From positions 1,021 through 65,020 of the forward strand of contig DATDGC010000073.1 in NCBI GenBank assembly GCA_036522275.1: a stretch of 64,000 nucleotides of DNA, given 5' to 3'. A program made the translations under genes and the position numbers. This stretch comes from Burkholderiales bacterium. GTDB lineage: Bacteria > Pseudomonadota > Gammaproteobacteria > Burkholderiales > JAHFRG01. Below, piece after piece: positions 48,420-56,678 of this stretch. Numbering within the stretch: the stretch's first letter is position 1; each line of letters starts with the position of its first letter. The notes under the pieces were generated by a model, which was given only the letters and a program-made list of their open reading frames with translations, was not told the DNA's origin and did no database searches.

Positions 48420-49136
48420 TCAGCTCCGGAATGCACCGGTAAGTTTTTTCGTCCAAGCGGAAAACCGGTGTCGCCTGGTTTCACGGTCCACCACGCTCTG
48501 GGTGGTGACCCAATTGAATTGAATCACGCGTCGGTCGCCGACGAACGGTTTATGGCCGTGATACGAATTGTCGCTGCGCAGGAACGCCAGTAGCGTTCCT
48601 TCGACTGGCGGCACTTCAACGATGACATCATCAAGGTTGTCGGAACGCAGTAGCCGCAGCCGACCGCCGGATTCCTCCCAAGCCGGATTCATGTAGATAA
48701 GCACCGTGATGATCTTGGTCTCAGTATCCGTGTGGATGCGGCCGTCCTTCGGACCGCAGCGGCCGCGGACTGTGATCATGGTCGGTCGTCCCGACAGATC
48801 AATGCCAAGCTTTTCTTCAAAGGCCGCGCGCATTTCGGGGCCGCGAAGCTCATTCAGGAATTCACCGAAGGAGGGGCCGTACTGATGCTCTCCGACAGGG
48901 AAGCTTCCCGGCTGTGTGATTTTCGGGTAGTCCGCGTTGATCGCGGCGCAGGTGTCGGTATTCATAAAGCCCGGGACGATCAAGTAATGAAACGGCTCTT
49001 TGATGAGCGGCGTATTCCGAAAACGCTGCAAATTAATGCTCACGATGCGAGTCTTTCGCCGTACGGCCTGTGGTTGGTTCCCAAGGTGTCGATCATCACT
49101 TAATTTCAGTCTAAGGAGTTTTTTTACTGGACGCAA
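48420..49136 (-). CDS. 2OG-Fe(II) oxygenase-superfamily protein
   Basis: 238 aa. HTD ... YHGHKP His-x-Asp...His pattern. Its stop directly abuts the GT9 start. The true start is uncertain. Confidence 0.65.
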   Translation of the reverse strand: MRPVKKLLRLKLSDDRHLGNQPQAVRRKTRIVSINLQRFRNTPLIKEPFHYLIVPGFMNTDTCAAINADYPKITQPGSFPVGEHQYGPSFGEFLNELRGPEMRAAFEEKLGIDLSGRPTMITVRGRCGPKDGRIHTDTETKIITVLIYMNPAWEESGGRLRLLRSDNLDDVIVEVPPVEGTLLAFLRSDNSYHGHKPFVGDRRVIQFNWVTTQSVVDRETRRHRFSAWTKKLTGAFRS

Positions 49137-49217
49137 CGGCGATTTGTCTGGGAAACATACCGGCGCCGATGCGTGTATTTCTCAGCACCGTGGTACGCGG
49201 GGCGCGCTGCCCTGCGC

Positions 49218-49400
49218 TCAGGCGATGTCGGGAACCAGGTGGTAGGTGAGCGGCTGGCTGGCGTGCACCGGCCAAGCCTCGGGCCCCGTGGCGGACTTCG
49301 TTGCATCGCCCGCGGCGCCCATAGGCCCAGGTGCTCGAGGATGCGTCGGATGACTGCCGGATCCTCGATCAGCGCAATGACGCGCATCGGCTCCTTGCAC
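49218..49400 (-). mobile_element. IS91-family transposase C-terminal remnant (5'-truncated, frameshifted)
   Basis: KCKEPMRVIALIEDPAVIRRILEHLGLWAPRA in one frame and ...QPLTYHLVPDIA* in another resemble the conserved IS91/ISCR C-terminus (from my recollection of the family). The reading frame is cut by the TAA inside the 14-bp inverted repeat. Confidence 0.5.
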
Positions 49401-49408
49401 TTGGTTCC

Positions 49409-49422
49409 TTAGTGGTCTGTCC
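49409..49422. repeat. right copy of the perfect 14-bp inverted repeat (TTAGTGGTCTGTCC)
   Basis: Exact reverse complement of 40484-40497. It coincides with the truncation point of the transposase remnant. Confidence 0.5.
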
Positions 49423-49462
49423 CCATATATGCGATATATGCGATTAGGCCTCACTTCTCAGC

Positions 49463-50119
49463 CTATCTCGCGTCCCGATCGGAGGTTCCGATCTCCGCGG
49501 CGAGCGCCTTACGCTGGACGATGGCACTCAATCTTTGCCAGGTGATCACGGCGAACACCGGTCCACCAATCGATGCACCTATCAAGAGCGGCATGCTCAA
49601 GCCGATCCATACCGCCGGCGCAAATAGGTACAGCACGTCGTCGAAGTCGAAGCCAAGAACGCCGGCGTAGGCCTTGTCGCCAGTCGCCGCGATCTTCTCC
49701 AATCGCTCGGAAAGAACCGAAGCAATCGCGACCGTAGAACCCGCGATGACGCCGAGTGCGATCGAAGCATGCCCGAGAAAATTGTCGCGAAGGCCTATCC
49801 CTATCGCGACGAAGAATAGGGCGTTGATGGCGACGTCGCTGTAATAGTCGTAGAGATGCCCACCCGGGGAAGACATCCCACCGATGCGCGCGAGCTCGCC
49901 ATCGGCCCGGTCAAGAAAACACGACCCCAACCATAGGAGACCACCCCATAAATCCCAGGCCGGATCGCCGATCATGAACGCGGTGCAGGACGCAATGCCG
50001 GTGACGACGCGCGCGGTCGTCAGATCGTTGGGCGTGACGCCCGTACCGATCAGGGGGCGAACGGCGACGCGAGCAAGACGGTGGGTCCACGACGTGAACG
50101 GCTCCGTGATACGAAGCAT
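49463..50119 (-). CDS. CDP-alcohol phosphatidyltransferase-family membrane protein (copy 2)
   Basis: ORF-track 49463..50311 trimmed to Met65 (MLRITEPFTSWTHRLARVAVRPL, parallel to copy 1 MSHNTWIHRLVRVGVRPL). DRADGELARIGGMSSPGGHLYDYYSD is the family motif. Confidence 0.75.
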   Translation of the reverse strand: MLRITEPFTSWTHRLARVAVRPLIGTGVTPNDLTTARVVTGIASCTAFMIGDPAWDLWGGLLWLGSCFLDRADGELARIGGMSSPGGHLYDYYSDVAINALFFVAIGIGLRDNFLGHASIALGVIAGSTVAIASVLSERLEKIAATGDKAYAGVLGFDFDDVLYLFAPAVWIGLSMPLLIGASIGGPVFAVITWQRLSAIVQRKALAAEIGTSDRDAR

Positions 50120-50394
50120 CAGGCGGCGTCCTGCTTGACCGGAGCGACGGCACTCGCAAGCCGGCGACCCTCGATCGCTTGCCAGACTAGCATCACCGGC
50201 GGGGCGGGCTGCCCTCCCGCCTTCCACAACCCGCGGGAAGGGCCAGAGTCCCTCTTGCCCCAAGCCCCGCGCACGGGGGTGCACCAGGCGCACGAAGGCA
50301 ATGGGTCGCAACTAGCGTACATAGGGTCGGCTCTTTATTTTATATGTCGTAGTGAGAAACCCGGTTAGCTCAGATCACGATCTCGATAAAATGT

Positions 50395-52221
50395 TTATCT
50401 GACTGCCACCGCTAACTCGCGCTTGATCTCCGTTCCGACGCGCTCGGCTTCTTCCTGCTGCTGCAGCGCCCACATGTGCGCGTAGACGCCCTGATTTTCC
50501 AAAAGCTCGCGATGGGTGCCGCGCTCGATGATGCGACCGTGGTCCATCACCAGAATCTGGTCGGCATCGACGATGGTGGACAGCCGGTGGGCGATGGTAA
50601 GCGTGGTGCGGTTGGCGGCGATGCGCCTGAGTTCCGCCTGAATCGCTTTTTCCGATTTCGAATCGAGCGCTGAAGTCGCTTCATCAAAAATCAGTATTCG
50701 CGGATTTTTCAAGATCGCCCGGGCAATCGCCACACGCTGCTTCTCGCCGCCGGAAAGCTTCAAGCCACGCTCGCCCACCATGGAGTCGTAACCGTCCGGC
50801 AGCGTCACGATGAAGTCATGAATGTGCGCCGATTTCGCCGCCTCGATGACTTCTTCGCGGGAAGCAGTGGGGCAACCGTAATTGATGTTGTAAAAAATGG
50901 TGTCGTTGAACAGCACCGTGTCTTGCGGAACGATGCCAATCACCGCACGCAGGGATTTTTGCGTCACTTCGCGGATGTCCTGGCCGTTCACCGTGATGCG
51001 GCCTCGCCCGACATCGTAGAAGCGGAACAGCAGCCGCGCCAGAGTGGACTTGCCCGAGCCGCTGTGACCCACTACTGCAACCGTCTTCCCCGGCGCAATC
51101 TCGAAACTCACATCAAACAGGATCTGACGCTTCGGCTCATAATTGAAATTCACGCTGTCGAAACACACCGCCGCCTTCCCTGCCACAAGATCATGCGCGC
51201 CAGGCCGGTCCTGGATATCCAGGTTTTCTTCCAGCAGGTTGAACATTTTCTCCATATCGGCGAGCGAATGGCGGATCTCGCGGTACACAAAACCCAGGAA
51301 GTTGAGCGGCAGATACAGCTGCAGCATGAAGGCGTTCACCAGCACCAGGTCGCCCAATGTCATCGTGCCGCTGACCACGCCGTGCGCCGCCAGCACCATT
51401 AGGAGCGTCATGCCCACTGCGATGATGGCGGATTGCCCGGCGTTCAATCCTGCCAACGAAGTCTGGTTGAGCACCGCCGCTTTTTCCCACACCTGCAGGC
51501 CTTCGTCGTAGCGCCGTGCTTCCCATTCTTCGTTGCCGAAATATTTTACCGTCTCATAATTGAGCAGGCTGTCTATGGCGCGGGTGTTGGCCTTGGAGTC
51601 CGAGTCATTCATGGTGCGGCGGAACACCATGCGCCATTCCGTCACCATCAGGGTAAACACGATGTAAATGGCCAGCGTGACGAAAGTCACCACCGCAAAC
51701 CACACGTCGTAATTGATGAGCAGGATTGCCGCCACCAGCGCGATTTCCACAAAGGTGGGCAAAATGTTGAACAGCATGAACTGCAGCAGGAAGGAAATGC
51801 CGCGGCTGCCGCGCTCGATGTCGCGCGACACCCCGCCGGTCTGCCGGTCCAGATGGAAGCGCAGGGAAAGCAAATGCAAATGGCTGAAGACTTTGAGTGC
51901 CACGCGGCGGATCGCACGTTGTGTCACCTTGGCGAACACCGCGTCACGCAGCTCGCCAAACAGCGTGGCGGAAAAGCGCAGCAAGCCATAACCTGCGAGC
52001 AGCGCGATGGGCAATGCCAGCAGCGCGTCTTTCAAACTCAACGAATCAACGATGCCTTTAAGCACCAACGGCACCGCGACATTGGCGACTTTGGCAAAGA
52101 CCAGCAAGGTGAGGGCCAGCGCTACACGCCCCCTGAATTCCCATAGATAAGGGACCAGGGTCTTGATGGTATTCCAATCTTTGCGGTTCTTCGGCGGCTT
52201 GCCGAAATGGGTGATGCGCAT
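50395..52221 (-). CDS. Atm1/HMT1-type ABC exporter (fused TMD-NBD)
   Basis: 608 aa. Walker A GHSGSGKST, signature LSGGEKQR, Walker B ILIFDEATSALD. Confidence 0.9.
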   Translation of the reverse strand: MRITHFGKPPKNRKDWNTIKTLVPYLWEFRGRVALALTLLVFAKVANVAVPLVLKGIVDSLSLKDALLALPIALLAGYGLLRFSATLFGELRDAVFAKVTQRAIRRVALKVFSHLHLLSLRFHLDRQTGGVSRDIERGSRGISFLLQFMLFNILPTFVEIALVAAILLINYDVWFAVVTFVTLAIYIVFTLMVTEWRMVFRRTMNDSDSKANTRAIDSLLNYETVKYFGNEEWEARRYDEGLQVWEKAAVLNQTSLAGLNAGQSAIIAVGMTLLMVLAAHGVVSGTMTLGDLVLVNAFMLQLYLPLNFLGFVYREIRHSLADMEKMFNLLEENLDIQDRPGAHDLVAGKAAVCFDSVNFNYEPKRQILFDVSFEIAPGKTVAVVGHSGSGKSTLARLLFRFYDVGRGRITVNGQDIREVTQKSLRAVIGIVPQDTVLFNDTIFYNINYGCPTASREEVIEAAKSAHIHDFIVTLPDGYDSMVGERGLKLSGGEKQRVAIARAILKNPRILIFDEATSALDSKSEKAIQAELRRIAANRTTLTIAHRLSTIVDADQILVMDHGRIIERGTHRELLENQGVYAHMWALQQQEEAERVGTEIKRELAVAVR

Positions 52222-52348
52222 GACTGTTGGCTTTCTAAAGTCTTAGAGTATCACCCTGTGCAGTGATTGGCGAGCCAGAAAAAAATGACGCAGCGGCATA
52301 ACGCTACGGATTTCCTATGTAGGTCATAATCGCCTAATGGCGCGGCTT

Positions 52349-52626
52349 AAGGAACCTCTGATTGAGTCCATCGTGTGCGCGACGGTGTGCAATCCGGGCG
52401 CAGGGCGCGACGCGAGGAGTGTCGTTTGGTGGAGGCCAAACAAGCGACGAACAACAAAGCCATGTGCACGGATTGCCCCGTCCCTTTGGGTTGCGGCGAC
52501 TGGGCAGACATCTGCGGTGTTGCTCGGGCTTGCGTTATGGCTTGATAGCGCTGCGCCCTCGCGCCTAGCATCTGGCCGCCCATCGTCCACAACGCGTCAC
52601 GCGCGGGACTCAATCAGAGGTTCCTT
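52349..52626. repeat. 278-bp TIR-bounded dispersed element, copy C
   Basis: AAGGAACCTCTGATTGAGTCC ... GGACTCAATCAGAGGTTCCTT form a perfect stem of 19-21 bp. The right TIR contains the cls-like stop codon. Confidence 0.75.
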
Positions 52627-53786
52627 GGTTCCTGTTCCCGCCCGTAACCAAACACGCCGGTGATGAAGCGCGCCACGCCATAGCAGATCCAGATCAGGAT
52701 GCGCTGCGCGAGCGGCTGGTTTGTCCAGCGTTCGCGCACTACTTGGGCTGCGCCATGCGCGACCGCCTGCATCAGGCTTTGCCTGAGCTGCTGGGCAAAG
52801 CCGCGGTCTTCCACCATCACGTTCGCTTCCCGCCCCAGTAACATGCTGAAGGGATCGATGTTGGAGGAACCGACCGTTGCCCAATAGCCGTCCATCACCG
52901 CCACTTTGGCGTGCATGAAGCTCTTGTGGTACTCGTAAATCTCCACGCCGGCATCCAAAAAATAGCCATACAGCGCCCGCGAAGCGTAGTGCAGCAACAC
53001 ATATTCCACCCGCCCTTGCAGGAGCAGGATCACGCGCACACCACGCGCCGCAGCGTTCACCAGCGCGCGGCGGAAATTACGGCCGGGAAGAAAATAGGCG
53101 TTGGCGATGATGATTTCCTGTTTGGCGCCGGCAATCGCATTGAGATAGGCCTGTTCGATATCGCGGCGATGGCGCAAGTTGTCGCGGGTGACCAGCGCCG
53201 CGCGCTGTTCCCCGCAGGGCTGAACCGCCGCCGGCAGGCCCTTGGTGTGGCGCCATTCCCGTCGCAGATGCGTCCATGTGACTCGCGCCCACAGGTCTCT
53301 CGCCGCGGCATGAACCACCCGCAACAGTAGCCCCTCGATCTTTACCGCATAATCGAAGCGCGGCGGGACCTGCTTAGGCGTGTGCATGTCGTCAATGATG
53401 TTGATGCCGCCAACGAACGCAATCCTGTTGTCAATCATCACGAGTTTGCGGTGCATGCGCCGCAGCCGCTGGCGCCTGAATTGGAAGCTCAAGACCTCCG
53501 GCCGGAACAGCAGCACCTGAATATCCGCCCGGGTCATGTCGTCAATCATTTCCTGAGGCAGGGACTTTGAGCCGAAACCGTCCAGCAGCAGATGCACCGC
53601 GACTCCGCGCTGCGCCGCGCGCTTCAAAGCTTCGGCGATGCGCCTGCCGGTGTCATCGTTTTCAAAAATATACGCTTCGAGGAAAATCTCCGAAGCCGCA
53701 TTATCGATTGCCTTTCCCAGCTCGGGAAAATACTCGGCTCCGTTATGCAGCAGCGTGACCCTGTTGCCCGCAAAAAAACGCATCAT
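52614..53786 (-). CDS. clsB: phospholipase-D-family cardiolipin synthase (ClsB-like)
   Basis: 390 aa with two HKD motifs (HRKLVMIDNRIAFVGGINI; HAKVAVMDGYWATVGSSNID). It is followed by a ybhP-like gene, as in E. coli. Confidence 0.8.
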   Translation of the reverse strand: MMRFFAGNRVTLLHNGAEYFPELGKAIDNAASEIFLEAYIFENDDTGRRIAEALKRAAQRGVAVHLLLDGFGSKSLPQEMIDDMTRADIQVLLFRPEVLSFQFRRQRLRRMHRKLVMIDNRIAFVGGINIIDDMHTPKQVPPRFDYAVKIEGLLLRVVHAAARDLWARVTWTHLRREWRHTKGLPAAVQPCGEQRAALVTRDNLRHRRDIEQAYLNAIAGAKQEIIIANAYFLPGRNFRRALVNAAARGVRVILLLQGRVEYVLLHYASRALYGYFLDAGVEIYEYHKSFMHAKVAVMDGYWATVGSSNIDPFSMLLGREANVMVEDRGFAQQLRQSLMQAVAHGAAQVVRERWTNQPLAQRILIWICYGVARFITGVFGYGREQEPRNL

Positions 53787-53852
53787 TGCACCACAAAATT
53801 AAGCTGGGAGATTTGCCGCGGAATAAACTAGGCTGCGCGCGCCGGCAGCGCA

Positions 53853-54605
53853 TTAAACCCGCATCATGGTTGCGGAGAGAGCGGCATGGTCGGAAATTTT
53901 CGACCACGGCCGGCCACGATGCACATGCACGCGCTCGACGCGGAAGCCGCGCACGTAAATGCGGTCCAGCCGGAACACCGGCATCGCCGCCGGGTAGCTG
54001 CGCGCAGGCCTGCCGCGGATGAGTTCGAATACTTCGTGCAAGTGCAGCGAATCGGCGAAAATCCTGCCCGCCTTGCTGCGCCAATCGTTGAAATCGCCGG
54101 CGATGATGAGCGGCGCGTGCGCCGGCACCAGTATTTCGATATGCTCGCGCAACGCCAGCAACTGCTTTTCGCGCCAGCGCGAAAACAAGCCCAGATGCAC
54201 GTTGATGCAATGCAGATGCTCATTCCACCCCGGCAGTTTCATCTCACAATGCAGCATGCCGCGGTTTTCCAGTGTATGCGCGGAAACATCCAAGTTGTCC
54301 CAGTGCACGATCGGGAAGCGGCTCAAAATGGCGTTGCCGTGGTGACCTTCGTCATACACTGAATTCTTGCCGTAGCTGAAATCGCTCCACACCGTATCGG
54401 CGAGGAATTCGTATTGGGGTTTTTGCGGCCAGTTGGCATAGCGCGCAGCATGGTGGTCGTGATAGCCCTGCACTTCCTGCAGGAACACCACGTCTGCGCG
54501 CATCGCGTGCAGCCGCTCGCGCAGCTCGTGCACCATCATGCGCCGGTTGAAATGCGAGAAGCCCTTGTGGATGTTGTAGGTTGCAACATGCAAAGTTTTG
54601 CTCAT
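53853..54605 (-). CDS. endonuclease/exonuclease/phosphatase (EEP) family protein, YbhP-like
   Basis: ORF-track 53853..54656 trimmed to Met18 (MSKTLHVATYNIHKG). LQEV and GDFND / SDH motifs. Confidence 0.8.
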   Translation of the reverse strand: MSKTLHVATYNIHKGFSHFNRRMMVHELRERLHAMRADVVFLQEVQGYHDHHAARYANWPQKPQYEFLADTVWSDFSYGKNSVYDEGHHGNAILSRFPIVHWDNLDVSAHTLENRGMLHCEMKLPGWNEHLHCINVHLGLFSRWREKQLLALREHIEILVPAHAPLIIAGDFNDWRSKAGRIFADSLHLHEVFELIRGRPARSYPAAMPVFRLDRIYVRGFRVERVHVHRGRPWSKISDHAALSATMMRV

Positions 54606-54677
54606 GATTGGGCGCAGCCCGTAGTCAGCCTGAGGAATGGTTGAACGCCGCGGCAACTCCCGCGCCGCGCGTAGAGC

Positions 54678-55778
54678 TTAATCGGAGGAGTCTAGCATGC
54701 GCTGCAAGGACAGCCGCGCCAGGTCGGCGTCGCGCTGCGGCACGCGGATTTGGTTCACTACCTTGCCCGCAACCAGATTTTCCAACGACCAGGCGAGATG
54801 CTGGGGATCGATGCGCGCCATGGTCGAACACATGCACACCGTGGGCGCCATGAACTGCACGATTTTGCCTTCCGGCTTGACTTCCTCCGCAAGGCGGCTT
54901 ACGAGGTTCAGCTCCGTGCCCACCAGCCAGCGTGTGTTAGGCTTGCCCGCTTTTACGGTTTTAAGAATGGTTTCGGTGGAGCCCACGTAATCCGAGAGCT
55001 TACACACCTCGAAATTGCATTCGGGGTGTGAAATCACGATGCCGTCGGGGTGCTGATTGCGGAATTTGAGCACGTGCTGCGGCTGGAACATCTGGTGCAC
55101 CGAGCAATGGCCTTTCCACAGCAGGATTTTTGCTTTCTGGATTTGCTCGGCAGTCAGCCCGCCCATCGGCTCGTCGGGATCCCATACCGGCATTTCATCG
55201 AGCGGAATGCCCATCTTGTAGCCGCTCCAGCGGCCCAAGTGTTGGTCAGGAAAGAACAGTGCCTTCTCGCGCTGCTTGAATGACCATTCGAGAATTTTTC
55301 CGGCGTTGCTGGAAGTGCAGACGATGCCGCCATGCTCGCCGCAGAATGCTTTCAAATCGGCGGCGGAGTTAATATATGTCACCGGTGAGACCGTTTGCTC
55401 GGGATCGAAAACTTCGGCAAGCTCGCGCCACACCCGCTCCACTTTGGCAAGGTTAGCCATGTCCGCCATCGAGCAGCCGGCGTTCATGTCAGGCAGAATC
55501 ACGGTGCGCCTGGCTAAGGTGACGATATCCGCCACTTCAGCCATGAAGTGCACGCCGCAGAACACAATGTATTCAGCGGAAGTCTCCGCCGCCAAACGCG
55601 AGAGCTTGAGCGAATCGCCAGTGAGATCGGCGTGCTTGTAGACATCGGCGCGTTGATAGTGGTGGCCGAGTATCACCGCGCGCTTGCCCAAAGCAGCCTT
55701 CGCCGCGAGGATGCGTTCCTTGCAGGCTTCGTCCTGCATCCGGCTGAATCGGTCAAAAGCTATTGCACTGGATTGCAT
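54678..55778 (-). CDS. nadA: quinolinate synthase
   Basis: 366 aa. VFCGVHFMAE and CSMA / CMCSTM cluster-Cys contexts. Confidence 0.9.
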   Translation of the reverse strand: MQSSAIAFDRFSRMQDEACKERILAAKAALGKRAVILGHHYQRADVYKHADLTGDSLKLSRLAAETSAEYIVFCGVHFMAEVADIVTLARRTVILPDMNAGCSMADMANLAKVERVWRELAEVFDPEQTVSPVTYINSAADLKAFCGEHGGIVCTSSNAGKILEWSFKQREKALFFPDQHLGRWSGYKMGIPLDEMPVWDPDEPMGGLTAEQIQKAKILLWKGHCSVHQMFQPQHVLKFRNQHPDGIVISHPECNFEVCKLSDYVGSTETILKTVKAGKPNTRWLVGTELNLVSRLAEEVKPEGKIVQFMAPTVCMCSTMARIDPQHLAWSLENLVAGKVVNQIRVPQRDADLARLSLQRMLDSSD

Positions 55779-55869
55779 GGCAAAATCTCATAAAGTTCCA
55801 CTGCTGACGCTGTGTTGATGCATCGCTAACATTACCATAATAAGACAAAAAATCCAGCCCAATGTTGCA

Positions 55870-56316
55870 TCAATGCAGGATAAATCTTGGCAGTGCCAAA
55901 ATCGCGTCGCGGTTGCTCCAGGAAAAGCATTTTTGCGCCGCTTCCTGATACGGCAACCAGGCAAAACCTAGATGCTCGCGCGGTGCAACCGCCACTGGAA
56001 GCGGCTTCGGTACCAGCAAACCAAAGACATGCTCGGTATTTTTCGTCACTCGCGGAGGATAGCGGTGCCGCCACTCAGGAAAAATTTTATATTGGTTCTC
56101 GACGTTCCAATCCGTCAGCGCATACTTCCGCGCATCCAGCCTGGTCTCTTCCAGTACTTCACGAATCGCGGTTTGCTCCAAAGTTTCACCCTCATTCAAA
56201 CTGCCGGTCACGGATTGCCAGTAGTCGGGATGGTCGGCGCGTTCAAGTAACAGCACCTGTAGATCGGGGGTATGAACTATTACCAGGACTGAAACAGGTA
56301 TCTTGTAAGTCTTCAC
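55870..56316 (-). CDS. nudB: NUDIX hydrolase, dihydroneopterin-triphosphate diphosphatase-like
   Basis: 148 aa. Nudix box GSLNEGETLEQTAIREVLEETRL. aspS-nudB neighbourhood as in enterobacteria. The GTG start overlaps the upstream ORF stop (GTGA). Confidence 0.75.
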   Translation of the reverse strand: MKTYKIPVSVLVIVHTPDLQVLLLERADHPDYWQSVTGSLNEGETLEQTAIREVLEETRLDARKYALTDWNVENQYKIFPEWRHRYPPRVTKNTEHVFGLLVPKPLPVAVAPREHLGFAWLPYQEAAQKCFSWSNRDAILALPRFILH

Positions 56317-56678
56317 GGAGTCCGCTTGTTGTCAATTAAGTCAATATACTCATCCGTATGGTACTCAATCGCTTCAGAAGCATAATTCAGATCCACATCA
56401 TAAGCGGCATTGAAGAGAATATTGAGCGCAGCGAACATGTTGAATTCCAACCCCGATTCCTTCATCTGTTGTTTCACTTCGTCGAGTCCTAACGCTGAAG
56501 GTACTATTGTGTTACGGAATGGCTCAAACGCATTTAGCACTTTCCGCTTTTGCTCAGAGTCAGGGGAAACCGCTAGGAGATCGACAATGCTATTTAAGAG
56601 CGTTTCGACAATCTCGGTTTGCGGGAGAAAATTGAACGTCCTTCCACTACTGAATCGGCTCAAAGTAATCTTCCTCAA
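56313..56678 (-). CDS. hypothetical protein (cassette ORF-121; possibly the 3' part of a frameshifted gene)
   Basis: Low-GC ORF with only a TTG start and no ATG in the first 70 codons or so. It overlaps ORF-70 by 32 nt in another frame. No family recognised. Confidence 0.35.
   Translation of the reverse strand: MRKITLSRFSSGRTFNFLPQTEIVETLLNSIVDLLAVSPDSEQKRKVLNAFEPFRNTIVPSALGLDEVKQQMKESGLEFNMFAALNILFNAAYDVDLNYASEAIEYHTDEYIDLIDNKRTP

Larger units (their letters stand above)
40475..50444. mobile_element. degenerate mosaic genomic island of about 10 kb at the 3' end of the ABC transporter gene
   Basis: Bracketed by the roughly 190-bp direct repeat of the ABC 3' end. Core G+C is about 68% against a backbone of about 55% (hand counts). 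Contains an IS91-type transposase remnant and no integrase. Confidence 0.6.

Noticed and set aside
49401-49424. Similarity between the island inverted repeat (CTTGGTTCCTTAGTGGTCTGTCC) and the TIRs of the 270-bp element family (AAGGAACCTCTGATTGAGTCC), or a Tn3-type GGGG...TAAG end.
   Set aside because: Only the GGAACC/GGTTCC hexamer and a loose pattern are shared. The Tn3-like reading spans 17 bp instead of about 38 bp. Neither is convincing without a search.
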